The notes below the pieces were generated by a model. That model was not told where the DNA came from, ran no database searches, and saw nothing but the letters and a program-made list of their open reading frames with translations. From assembly GCA_964412585.1 (NCBI GenBank), contig CAYPPJ010000003.1, positions 12,027 through 76,026 of the forward strand: DNA of 64,000 nucleotides. Reading direction: 5' to 3'. This document shows, in pieces, positions 46,327 to 55,465 of this stretch; position 1 is the stretch's first letter, and each line of letters starts with the position of its first letter. The position numbers were made by a program, and so were the translations under genes. Source of the stretch: an uncultured Candidatus Saccharibacteria bacterium. Lineage in GTDB: Bacteria > Patescibacteriota > Minisyncoccia > Phycocordibacterales > PALSA-1337.

Positions 46327-46412
46327 GTACCTGCATTTGGGTACTATTCATCCACATTGACATGTGTCGTGGCGGGGAGTAGTTTTATGCGAGTGTCCTT
46401 TGGTTTTTAACT

Positions 46413-47027
46413 ATGGTAGAACCTCAACCCAGCATTGAAATGACTAAGAAATTCATTATTGTGGTGTCGGTACCAGTCTCGAATGAAGGTCGCACTGAGT
46501 GGTCCGAGCGCGTTCGGGCGATCATACAGGGAGCGACTATATTTCTCCGTGCCAGTGCACATGAGTGTGCTGATTCGAGGGAAGTTATCAATGGATCTCA
46601 TGTTGTTAGTCTTGTTGCACTGTCTCGCGGCAATCTTATTGCAAAGATGCAACATTTCGCATTGGGGTATGCGGCCAACGGTTTTGGACTCCTGATGGTG
46701 CCGCGGCCGCTCGTGCGAGAAGTCTTGTGTGCGGAGGATGTTGACTGTCTTGCGGTCCCGTGCGATGTCGAAAATCGTCCGCAATCAGCTCGTCCGATAC
46801 GTTTGGCCGAAGAGCTCTGTGCACTTCTCGGCGAGCCCATCGTCACTGGTGCTGAAATGTTCAACACAAAGACTCGGCTACCGGATACCTTGAACATTCC
46901 CGCTCCACGCTCGTCGTCACTTGGGTCTCGACGCCCGCTGTCTGCAGCGACTGTTGGGGTACGCTCTGGCGTTTCGTTGGGCACAAATAGTGTGCATGGT
47001 CTCGCAGAGGCGGCGACTGCCAGTTAA
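46413..47027 (+). CDS. hypothetical protein (weak call)
   Basis: It is the longest ORF in an otherwise ~800-bp gap. No motif was recognised, and antisense ORFs of similar length exist. Confidence 0.3.
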   Translation: MVEPQPSIEMTKKFIIVVSVPVSNEGRTEWSERVRAIIQGATIFLRASAHECADSREVINGSHVVSLVALSRGNLIAKMQHFALGYAANGFGLLMVPRPLVREVLCAEDVDCLAVPCDVENRPQSARPIRLAEELCALLGEPIVTGAEMFNTKTRLPDTLNIPAPRSSSLGSRRPLSAATVGVRSGVSLGTNSVHGLAEAATAS

Positions 47028-47121
47028 TTTCAACATCGTTCACGAGTCGTGGCACTGCCGCGACTCGTTTTATTTTGCTCATTACGCAGATATGTATACA
47101 TAAATAGGGTAAACAGGTAAA

Positions 47122-48924
47122 ATGGCACACATGGAACACCAACAAGATGAAGACAAAATAACTAAAGAAGGCATATATACAGGGTTCAAGGTCCTATTAA
47201 AATACCTCGGCCAATATAAGGGAAGGATTATCACTTTGAGTATCATGGGTGTTCTGTCCGCTATCGGCAATGGCGTTATTCCGTATATTGCTGGGCGTTT
47301 TTTCGATTCCATCATCAGTCCGAGTGTTGTCCATGTCCTTGGGTATACCTTACCTCTTTTTGTAAGCTTGTTAGTGATGTGGGCCGTCATTCAATGCATA
47401 ACGTATGTGCTCGACTGGCGAAGTACGATTTTGAGCGAATATCTATCGAACACCATCTGGCTCGACTATTTGGCAAACGGTTTTAGTTACCTCCTATTGC
47501 TGCCCATGTCTTTTCATAAGAAGAATAAGATTGGTGAAATAGGAAATAATATCAATACAGCCGCTGGCTCACTCGAAACTATTGCTGGCAGGATCGTTAT
47601 TGATTTGGCCCCACAGATTCTTTCAATTGTAATTGCGCTTGGTATCGCGTTCTACGTCAAGCCGATACTGGCTACATTCCTAATTATTGGTTTGATTATT
47701 TATGTTGTTGTACTTTTGCTTAAAGTAAGTCCGCTCGGCAAGATTCAGAAAGAATATTGGAGCGTTCTCATGAAAGGTTTTTGGGGTGACAGTTATGATG
47801 CTATCGGCAATACGCTGGCGGTAAAGCAAGCGACAGCTGAAGAATATGAGCGAGAAAAATTGTTCACAAATAGCCGTCAGGCAGTACCGCTCTGGATGAA
47901 AATGACCAACATTTGGGGATCGCTGACTCTCTATCAACGTTTTATTATCCTTGGAACGCAAATCATTATTTTTGTACTATCCGTTGCCTATATTCATCAA
48001 GGTTCGATGACGCTTGGAGAACTGCTTGCTTTCAATGCGTATGCCGCGATGATGTTTGGCCCGTTCGTCACTATTGCTCGCCAGTGGCAGACAATTCAAA
48101 ATGGCATTATTAATATTCAGCAGACTGAAAAAATATTAAAAACTGAACCAGAGAACTATGTCCCAAAAAATGCTATCAGTGCACCGGTTAAGGGGGATAT
48201 TTCATTTAGGAATGTATCTTTCCACTATGATGAAGGTAAACCAGTCCTCCAGAATATATCATTTGAGGTGCATGCGGGAGATGTGATAGCGCTGGTCGGA
48301 GAATCGGGCGTGGGCAAGAGTACACTTATAGACCTTATTTCAGCCTTCCATTTTCCGACTGAGGGTGAGATTCTCATAGATGGACATCCGATCAGGCAGT
48401 TGGACTTGAAGAAGTTTCGCTCCCAGATTGCCGTCGTTCCACAGGAGATCGTACTTTTCAATGATAAGATCAAAACCAATATTAAATATGGTAATTTCCT
48501 CGCGACTGATGCAGAGATGAAAGAAGCGGCACGCAAAGCTCATGCAGTCGATTTTATTGAAAAGTTTCCGGATACTTGGGATCAGATGGTTGGTGAGCGC
48601 GGCGTCAAACTCTCAGTGGGTCAAAAACAGCGTGTAGCTATCGCACGTGCTATCTTGCGCAATCCGCACATACTGGTTCTCGATGAGCCGACTTCGGCGC
48701 TTGATTCGGGTACAGAAAAAGTGATTACAGACTCTCTCAATGAACTTATGAAGGGGAGGACTACATTTATCATTGCGCACCGCCTCAGTACAGTGCGTAA
48801 GGCTGACACCATCCTTGTTTTCAAAGAGGGAATGATTGTTGAGTCGGGCATTCATGATGAGCTTGTAAAGAAAGAAGGCGGAGTCTATCGCAAGCTCTAT
48901 GACTATCAGATTGGACTTCACTAG
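47122..48924 (+). CDS. ABC exporter, fused permease-ATPase (MsbA/type-I exporter family)
   Basis: A six-TM N-terminal domain is followed by the NBD. Walker A is GESGVGKST, the signature is LSVGQKQRVAIARA, Walker B is ILVLDEP, and the H-loop is IAHRL. Confidence 0.85.
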   Translation: MAHMEHQQDEDKITKEGIYTGFKVLLKYLGQYKGRIITLSIMGVLSAIGNGVIPYIAGRFFDSIISPSVVHVLGYTLPLFVSLLVMWAVIQCITYVLDWRSTILSEYLSNTIWLDYLANGFSYLLLLPMSFHKKNKIGEIGNNINTAAGSLETIAGRIVIDLAPQILSIVIALGIAFYVKPILATFLIIGLIIYVVVLLLKVSPLGKIQKEYWSVLMKGFWGDSYDAIGNTLAVKQATAEEYEREKLFTNSRQAVPLWMKMTNIWGSLTLYQRFIILGTQIIIFVLSVAYIHQGSMTLGELLAFNAYAAMMFGPFVTIARQWQTIQNGIINIQQTEKILKTEPENYVPKNAISAPVKGDISFRNVSFHYDEGKPVLQNISFEVHAGDVIALVGESGVGKSTLIDLISAFHFPTEGEILIDGHPIRQLDLKKFRSQIAVVPQEIVLFNDKIKTNIKYGNFLATDAEMKEAARKAHAVDFIEKFPDTWDQMVGERGVKLSVGQKQRVAIARAILRNPHILVLDEPTSALDSGTEKVITDSLNELMKGRTTFIIAHRLSTVRKADTILVFKEGMIVESGIHDELVKKEGGVYRKLYDYQIGLH

Positions 48925-50273
48925 TCCTGCAGGTGTGGCGTATTCGAGTCAGAACTATTACCCTCAGGTGGGTTAGATAGCGTCTCGTTCTCAATTTTTT
49001 CCAACTCTTTTTTGTTGGTAATAACTTTCCAAATAGCTTTGATGTGCTTCGTGATATGGTGTCCGTAGAAGTAATGGACGAGACCGGCCGCTATCAATAG
49101 AAGTATGATAATGAGTAATAGTGCCGTGGCGTGATTTTTTATAAATAAAGTAAACTCAAATGGCGTACTCACATCGATGGATGCATCTTGTACGTTTCCG
49201 GCACGATCAAAGGCTCGTACGATCAGGCGAGCGTGTTGGATGGTTTCAAACGGTATTTGGTAGGGGCTTTCGGTACGAAAAAAAGCAGGTGATTCGGTTG
49301 CGGGCTTGCTTTTATCGATGACACCGACTTCATAGTGGTCCACACCAGAGAGTGCATCGGTCGTGAAGAATGATACCAAGGCGCGGTTTATAACAGCTGC
49401 AGTGATGTAGTTTATTTCTGGAGTAAATTGTGCTGGGGGCTCCGTATCCACTTTAAACTCATAGTGCGTTGTTGCTCCCCAGGCATTATTTTTGAGGGCT
49501 TTGACGTGGAAATACCAGGTGCCATCGCCCACATTCTCATATGACTGGATAGCACCTGCTGTGTTGACTGTATTTTCGGGAATAGTATTTGGCTTGTTGT
49601 CGAATGAGGTGCTATATCCTGTTATTCCTGATTCCGTATTCCAGGTAAAGGACGGACTACTGTTGTTGTACCAGTGATCGTGAAATGGGTGCGTCTCGGA
49701 AGTTACGGTGACTCCACCAGGTGGGGTAGCTACCACGGTATAACGAGCACGGTTTGATTCGTATATGGCTGGCGATCCGACGCCATCACTTATGAGGACT
49801 CGGGAATTATTTCGGATACTCACTTCGCTGTTTCCGACGTTTTTTGCCCCAAATGTGATTGTGGCGATGAGGCCAGAACTGGTCGTGATGCCGCGGGGAA
49901 TGCCTCCAATAAAGGTAAGCGTACCATTGGTGTTGTCATATGAGGGGGCCTCAATCCACAGACCGATGACCGATGATCCTCCGGACGGTTTTATGACATT
50001 CAAGACATTGGGATCAAAGCTAATATGCAGTTCAAGTGCTCCAACACTGTTTCCTTTTGTGTCGAGGTAGATCGGGACCTCAAAGGTTGATCCTTGAGTG
50101 AATGTACCCGAAGGAGGTGATATAGAAATCTCAGTTTTTGGAATGGCGTCAGACGCATTGATGTTGACTGTTGTCTGCGCGTCCAGGGTCCGTGGTGGTG
50201 CGATGAAAATACCAATGCTGTATATTGCAATCAACACTACACATGAGTTGATGATGGATCGATGGGGTCTCAT
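48921..50273 (-). CDS. membrane-anchored cohesin-domain protein (large type; fifth paralog)
   Basis: The signal peptide is VVLIAIYSIGIFIAPP. The cohesin-like region is ISISPPSGTFTQGSTFEVPIYLD...LELHISFDPNVLNVIKPSGGSSVIGLWIEAP...IATITFGAKNVGNSEVSI...ISDGVG. The conserved second module is SETHPFHDHWY...DGTWYFHVKALKNNAWG. The TM is LLLIIILLLIAAGLVHYF, followed by a K/E tail. The stop overlaps the ABC exporter stop through a palindromic CTAG. Confidence 0.6.
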   Translation of the reverse strand: MRPHRSIINSCVVLIAIYSIGIFIAPPRTLDAQTTVNINASDAIPKTEISISPPSGTFTQGSTFEVPIYLDTKGNSVGALELHISFDPNVLNVIKPSGGSSVIGLWIEAPSYDNTNGTLTFIGGIPRGITTSSGLIATITFGAKNVGNSEVSIRNNSRVLISDGVGSPAIYESNRARYTVVATPPGGVTVTSETHPFHDHWYNNSSPSFTWNTESGITGYSTSFDNKPNTIPENTVNTAGAIQSYENVGDGTWYFHVKALKNNAWGATTHYEFKVDTEPPAQFTPEINYITAAVINRALVSFFTTDALSGVDHYEVGVIDKSKPATESPAFFRTESPYQIPFETIQHARLIVRAFDRAGNVQDASIDVSTPFEFTLFIKNHATALLLIIILLLIAAGLVHYFYGHHITKHIKAIWKVITNKKELEKIENETLSNPPEGNSSDSNTPHLQD

Positions 50274-50276
50274 GAA

Positions 50277-50735
50277 TTATTTCGAGCGGACAGGTCTCAT
50301 CTTCATCGGGTGAACATGGGCAGCGATGCCAATGGCCGCGGCGATGATTACCACATTTTTTATAATATACTGACCTTCAAGTGTTGGTACCAAAAAGCTG
50401 GACCAGGTTACCTCAGGAATCAGAAAGAGGGGGAGTATAGTGGTCAGCATATGTATAAATAGGAGAGGGATGACCACGCGCTCCATTCCTTTTATTAAAA
50501 ATAGGATACCGATGATGCACTCAAAGGCGCCGAATGCCACCATGAACGTATCGAATGGCATGATTGGCATCGTGTGCTCAAAAAGATTTTGTACCAATGG
50601 GCTAGCAGGAGAAAGAGCGAGAATTTTGAGAAAACCGAACCAGAAGAAAACGATGAAGAGACCAATACGTGCCACAGGAATACTCAATGTCCTGAATGCA
50701 TGGATAATTTCAACATCGAAAGTACGAAGGGACAT
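50277..50735 (-). CDS. hypothetical 4-TM membrane protein (DoxX-like fold possible)
   Basis: Four hydrophobic helices are predicted. No motif was recognised. Confidence 0.4.
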   Translation of the reverse strand: MSLRTFDVEIIHAFRTLSIPVARIGLFIVFFWFGFLKILALSPASPLVQNLFEHTMPIMPFDTFMVAFGAFECIIGILFLIKGMERVVIPLLFIHMLTTILPLFLIPEVTWSSFLVPTLEGQYIIKNVVIIAAAIGIAAHVHPMKMRPVRSK

Positions 50736-50808
50736 GCCTCTATTGTACCGCGAAAAGTTGATGTTGAAAATTGGCTATATTTGATACAATATGGTTCTAT
50801 AGAGTCTT

Positions 50809-51555
50809 ATGTTATCCCCATTTCTCATATCTATTCTCGCATCGGTAGCCGCATTTGCGGGCGGAGCTATAGCGCTCCGTTTTCGGGATAAGTTACACAT
50901 CATTCTCGGGCTTTCTGCGGGTGCGGTTATTGGCGCGGCCCTCTTCGACCTTATTCCTGAGGCGATCGAACTTGGTGGGTCAGTATATTCTGCTGGTGAA
51001 GTATTGTCTCTCACCGCCATAGGTTTTTTTGTCTACCTTATTCTCGATCGTGCATTTTCGTTCCATGTACACAATGGTCACGACCATGATGTTGATGACC
51101 ATGCGTCAGAAGCGCAGTCGTCTCGAGGTTCGCTCGGAGCTGCAAGTTTTTGTTTGCATAGTCTTATTGACGGTGTTGCGATCGGCTTGGCATTTCAGGT
51201 ATCGAGCGTTATTGGGGCAGTAGTGGCTATTGCAGTCGTCGCCCATCGTTTTTCAGATGGTATCAACACAATTGGCGTCATCCTCAAACATCGTGGAAAG
51301 CATGCTGTGGCAAAAGGGTGGTTAACAGCCGTGGCGCTTGCTCCTATTGTTGGTACAGTTCTTACCTTTGCTGTTTCTGTGTCTGAGTCAGTACTCGCAA
51401 CGATACTCGCTTTGTTTGCGGGATTCTTCCTCTACATTGGTGCGAGTGATCTTATTCCCGAAGGGCATCATAGTCACTCAAAGATATTAACGACAGTCAT
51501 GACACTGGTTGGTGCAGCTATTTTGTATGTGATTGTGCATAGTTCGGGAGTGTAG
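50809..51555 (+). CDS. ZIP-family divalent metal transporter (ZupT-like)
   Basis: HSLIDGVAIGLAFQ and HRFSDGINTIGV match the ZIP TM4/TM5 metal-binding motifs. A His-rich loop is present (HVHNGHDHDVDDH). Confidence 0.8.
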   Translation: MLSPFLISILASVAAFAGGAIALRFRDKLHIILGLSAGAVIGAALFDLIPEAIELGGSVYSAGEVLSLTAIGFFVYLILDRAFSFHVHNGHDHDVDDHASEAQSSRGSLGAASFCLHSLIDGVAIGLAFQVSSVIGAVVAIAVVAHRFSDGINTIGVILKHRGKHAVAKGWLTAVALAPIVGTVLTFAVSVSESVLATILALFAGFFLYIGASDLIPEGHHSHSKILTTVMTLVGAAILYVIVHSSGV

Positions 51556-51565
51556 TGATTTTCAT

Positions 51566-51593
51566 ATAAAAAATGGCCGACAGGATGTCGGCC
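51566..51593 (-). terminator. rho-independent terminator, serving the minus-strand small gene (possibly bidirectional)
   Basis: The hairpin is ggccgaca-gga-tgtcggcc, with an A-run on the plus side (a T-run on the minus strand). Confidence 0.5.
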
Positions 51594-51619
51594 GGATCTC
51601 ACACGGTACGTGAGTGTAA

Positions 51620-51832
51620 TCACGAAGTCGTATAACTGCAGATGGAGCACTTGGACCTGCCGGTGATTACACGCGGGTCAACCGGGAACAATGTCCCGGG
51701 GCAGCCTTGTTTCGGGCAACGGTCGTGAGTGATGACGTGTTGGTCTGATCTGCCACTGCCGTTACATTCAGGGCAATGGCTGTGTCCTTTTCCCTGGCAG
51801 GTACCGCAAGGGAGTGTCGTTTGCTGTGACAT
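51620..51832 (-). CDS. small Cys-rich zinc-ribbon-like protein
   Basis: Four CxxC-type pairs are present (CGTC...CPEC...CPKQGC...CSIC) in 70 aa. Confidence 0.4.
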   Translation of the reverse strand: MSQQTTLPCGTCQGKGHSHCPECNGSGRSDQHVITHDRCPKQGCPGTLFPVDPRVITGRSKCSICSYTTS

Positions 51833-51948
51833 AGTATGTGGTATGTGGGTTTGCTACGCTCAGATTAAAATAGAATTATTACGTTGTTTTGTCAATGTTT
51901 ATCGGTAATGGCTGTGGGCACCGCTTCTTTTATGGTAAAATAATATCA

Positions 51949-53259
51949 ATGTTGAAACCTCACATTGTTATTCTTGGTGCAGGATTTGGCGGCACATATG
52001 TGGCCAAGAAACTTGTGCCGTACGTACGAAAAGGGAAGATTGATGTCACCATCATCAACCGCACCAACTATTTTCTCTTTACGCCGTTGTTGCATGAGGT
52101 TGCTACAGGGGCCCTCTCGCCGAATAGTGTCGCTGAGCCACTTCGAGAAATTTTTTCAGGTACTGGCATACGAATTGCGCAGGGGATAGTAGAGACTATT
52201 GACCGAAAAACAAGGAAAGTAAAACTCTCTGGTCACGCAAGTGGGTGTGATGTGTCATATGATTACCTGGTTGTTGCGACAGGAGCTGAAACAAATTACT
52301 ACAACATTCTAGGTGCAGAAAAATTCTCGTATCCGCTCAAAAATTTGGCTGATGCCGCGCGCATTCGTTCTCAAGTCATTGACTCATTTGAACAGGCGAT
52401 CCTGACTACCGATCAAACCGAACGTACCCGTCTCCTTTCGTTTGTTGTCGTCGGTGGTGGTGCCACGGGCGTAGAAACGGCGGCTGAGTTGGCCGAATTT
52501 GTTCACGCGATGGTCAATCGCTACTACAACGGCGGTCCAGGGTGCGATCCCATGGACAAGCGCATCTGCAAACCTGAAGAGGTCAGTGTATCTCTTATAC
52601 ATACGGGTCCCGAATTGCTCCAGATGTTCAAACCCAATCTACGTGCGGCCGCCGAGAGGCGTCTGCGTCATAATAAGGTGAATATTCACCTCGGGAGTAC
52701 AGTGGCAGAAGTATCTGCACAAGGGGTAAAGCTCGCTACGGGGGAGATGCTTCAGGCGTCAACGGTTATCTGGGCAGCCGGCGTGAAGCCGATCATTCCG
52801 CATTTTGAAGAAATGCAACCGGCTCTGGTCATGGGACGACTCGCAGTCGATGAATTTTTCCGAGTCAATGGTGATGAACACATATTTGCCTTGGGGGACA
52901 ATGCGGGCTATGTCGATCGTCGAGCTTTGAATAGTGATCCGACAAAAACAGTTATGCTTCCGCTCTTGGCTCAGGTTGCCCAAAAAGAGGCAGGTATCCT
53001 TGCGAAAAATATTATTTCTTCAATACGGAACAAACCGCTCATTGATTTTCATTATCACTCAAAAGGCAGCATGGTTTCTGTGGGGCAGTGGTTTGCTATT
53101 GGTGAAATATTTTCGACCGCATGGTCTGGCCGTCTGACGTGGTGGCTGTGGCGCACGGTTTATTTGTTCAAGTTTGCATCATGGAAAAAACGTACACGTA
53201 TTGCATTCGAATGGACGCTCGACATGTTCTATCCTCGCGATATTACCAAGCTCACTTAG
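51949..53259 (+). CDS. type II NADH:quinone oxidoreductase (NDH-2) / FAD-dependent pyridine nucleotide-disulfide oxidoreductase
   Basis: The start is set at the Met giving MLKPHIVILGAGFGGTY (the first Rossmann GxGxxG). The second dinucleotide site is VVVGGGATGVE. C-terminal hydrophobic helices are present. Confidence 0.8.
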   Translation: MLKPHIVILGAGFGGTYVAKKLVPYVRKGKIDVTIINRTNYFLFTPLLHEVATGALSPNSVAEPLREIFSGTGIRIAQGIVETIDRKTRKVKLSGHASGCDVSYDYLVVATGAETNYYNILGAEKFSYPLKNLADAARIRSQVIDSFEQAILTTDQTERTRLLSFVVVGGGATGVETAAELAEFVHAMVNRYYNGGPGCDPMDKRICKPEEVSVSLIHTGPELLQMFKPNLRAAAERRLRHNKVNIHLGSTVAEVSAQGVKLATGEMLQASTVIWAAGVKPIIPHFEEMQPALVMGRLAVDEFFRVNGDEHIFALGDNAGYVDRRALNSDPTKTVMLPLLAQVAQKEAGILAKNIISSIRNKPLIDFHYHSKGSMVSVGQWFAIGEIFSTAWSGRLTWWLWRTVYLFKFASWKKRTRIAFEWTLDMFYPRDITKLT

Positions 53260-53282
53260 GTGATGTGTGAAGATGTCGTAAG

Positions 53283-53320
53283 TATATATAAAAAGGCGCG
53301 ACCACCGAAGGCGGTCGCGC
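53283..53320 (-). terminator. rho-independent terminator between convergent genes (T-run on the minus-strand side)
   Basis: A 9-bp stem (ggcgcgacc/ggtcgcgcc) is preceded on the plus strand by aaaaa. Confidence 0.55.
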
Positions 53321-53341
53321 CTGTCCCACGTTTCTCCTCGA

Positions 53342-54289
53342 CTATCGCCTAAAGATACGTCGAAGAGTTTTGAAAGGAGCATCGCACGAAAAACCAATGA
53401 GCACTTGTTGCTCTTGTTCATTGATCTGAGCCGAACCATAGAGGAGATTTACGTCTCCACCACTCTGATCGAGTATGTGCGTCATGCGAACCGTCAACGA
53501 TGGTGATGTGTCATTACCCATGGTTTCGGTGAAGTAAAATCTGTACCCCATAGTAACCAGGGTGTAGCGATCAAAGGGAATGGTGACGCCTTGATCGCCG
53601 CGAATACTGCCTACCCGCGAGGAGAGGAACATCAGCCGCAGACGGGTGTCCGTGATACATAATGGCAGACCGTTCTTTCGCTTCCCGAAGGCGTGGGCAA
53701 AATAGCAGTAGGGATTGGCGTTGAGTGGATTTATTCCATATTTTGTCTGGTCAGAATGAATGAAGGATTCCACCCAGTTTTCATTGATCGTGACACTGTC
53801 TGGTGCCAGTGAATCTGGCTCCAGCTTGCCTTCGTCGGTGTTGAGTGTACCTTGAACAAACTTGACGCCAAAGTTGACCGCCGAATTTTCGGGTCGCTTG
53901 AGCCGATCAAAGTCGTACCATGAGGTGAACGCATCTATGAACGTGTCGCCAATGGTGTTGGCAAACCATTCCTCACCTTTGGACTCGGCTCGGTCCTGTC
54001 CGCCCCGGTGTTTGGTACCGAGCGTGGCTTTTGTGTTGTCGAACAAGGTCATTGGTCCGAAGAAACGCACCAGATTTTCCTGCCCGTTTCTACCGGATTC
54101 GTATTTGATCCAGTCAAACAGGTGCCAATGAGGATCGGGTTGAGCCGCAACCCACTCGTCAATGATGCGAACGGTGAAAGGTGACAGAGCGTCGTTTGGG
54201 GCGTTGGTATTTCCGGCCTGGGCATGTGGTGCGGTGCACAACAGCCCACTAATGAGTACTGCAATGCAAGGCATATTCATGACTACCAT
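53342..54289 (-). CDS. hypothetical secreted protein
   Basis: The internal Met start gives the signal peptide MVVMNMPCIAVLISGLLCTAPHAQA. The protein is Trp/Phe-rich and likely beta-rich. No motif was recognised. Confidence 0.45.
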   Translation of the reverse strand: MVVMNMPCIAVLISGLLCTAPHAQAGNTNAPNDALSPFTVRIIDEWVAAQPDPHWHLFDWIKYESGRNGQENLVRFFGPMTLFDNTKATLGTKHRGGQDRAESKGEEWFANTIGDTFIDAFTSWYDFDRLKRPENSAVNFGVKFVQGTLNTDEGKLEPDSLAPDSVTINENWVESFIHSDQTKYGINPLNANPYCYFAHAFGKRKNGLPLCITDTRLRLMFLSSRVGSIRGDQGVTIPFDRYTLVTMGYRFYFTETMGNDTSPSLTVRMTHILDQSGGDVNLLYGSAQINEQEQQVLIGFSCDAPFKTLRRIFRR

Positions 54290-54498
54290 CCTTGGGTATT
54301 GGTTGTTTTCAAGCTTCAGAAGAGCCAAAGCTCCCGCAATACTAGCGCTCTGCAGGGAATGCGCAATATTGACGGAATTGCCTTTCTGGGACGTCAAAAA
54401 GCCGCCTCATGGCGGTTTGTTATGTGTTTATATGTAGTGATAAAAATTCGCCGAACCAACGTGCTATTCGACGAACGATAGAGGCCAGTCGGCCACAT

Positions 54499-54795
54499 TT
54501 AGCTCGCTTCGAGCTTGAGAGGGGCAGACTGAGGTTGTGGCAGTTTCCATCCTTGCGGGCGATGCTTCACGTGTCCAAGTAGTGTGAAGTACCACAATGT
54601 CAGGCACAAACGGAGGGGCGAAATGTGTATCTCGTACTCCTGAAATCTTTTGTACAGCTCTGACGCTGTTGTACAGGATTCACTCTTGAGCTGGGTGAAA
54701 ATTATCTGCTTGATGTTTGCGCGCTGTATTTTGTGGGTGAAATAATACAGGGCATACACGACGCAGAGCACGGCAATGACGATGTACAGGTTCAT
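54499..54795 (-). CDS. hypothetical small single-TM protein (weak)
   Basis: The internal Met gives MNLYIVIAVLCVVYALYYF. The ORF is short and the evidence is weak. Confidence 0.25.
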   Translation of the reverse strand: MNLYIVIAVLCVVYALYYFTHKIQRANIKQIIFTQLKSESCTTASELYKRFQEYEIHISPLRLCLTLWYFTLLGHVKHRPQGWKLPQPQSAPLKLEAS

Positions 54796-54919
54796 GTGTT
54801 GGGTTCTCCTGTCATTATTATACTCCTCCTGCACAGTATGAAAATAGCCCGGTGTGTATAAAAAAGCCGAACCGCGCATACGCAGCGGTTCGGGGTGAAA
54901 TGGACTCGGCAGGAAAAGA

Positions 54920-55255
54920 TCAGTTGGTTGCGCGCATCAACTTTGCGCGGTGATCGGCGAGGCGGAATTGCGCACGCAGGATGTCGCTCATGCGTTTACG
55001 CACTGGCTTTGGACTCACGCTTGCGGAGTCGCTGACACGAGTCATGTTGCGGACCGCGGCGTCCGCAGCCATTTCGAGCAAGGAACTCTCGGTCATAATG
55101 GTCTCTTTGATCCCTGTCTTGTGTCGCCAGGCGCCAGGGCCGTCTGAAAACTGCTTGACGACCCATTCGCCAGGATTTGGGCCTCGGCGGACGAGATAAA
55201 CGTTGACGTTACGGTTTTTTACCGTGTCACCAGGTTGGAAGGTTCTTTCAGCCAT
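54920..55255 (-). CDS. hypothetical protein
   Basis: The ORF begins at the internal Met (MAERTFQPGDTV...). Codon usage is coherent and no motif was recognised. Confidence 0.35.
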   Translation of the reverse strand: MAERTFQPGDTVKNRNVNVYLVRRGPNPGEWVVKQFSDGPGAWRHKTGIKETIMTESSLLEMAADAAVRNMTRVSDSASVSPKPVRKRMSDILRAQFRLADHRAKLMRATN

Positions 55256-55465
55256 AATGTTCTGTGCACTATGATGGGTTGAATTGTGAAGAGTGTTCGG
55301 TAAGATATTAAAACATAATACTATATATGTCAATTCAATCGATAGCACACATTTTCGTCTCGAAATTTTCCGCGCTTACGCGCCAAAAATTCTCTCGATC
55401 CGAATTTTCTTAAGAAATGAAAATTCGCCATTTTGTTAAAAATAAGGTACTCTGAATCTTCAACT

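Noticed and set aside
46407-46984. Minus-strand ORFs 46407..46784 and 46598..46984 in the gap between the M15 peptidase and the ABC exporter
   Set aside because: They compete with a longer plus-strand ORF (46413..47027), and none has a recognisable motif. Only the plus ORF is listed, at low confidence.
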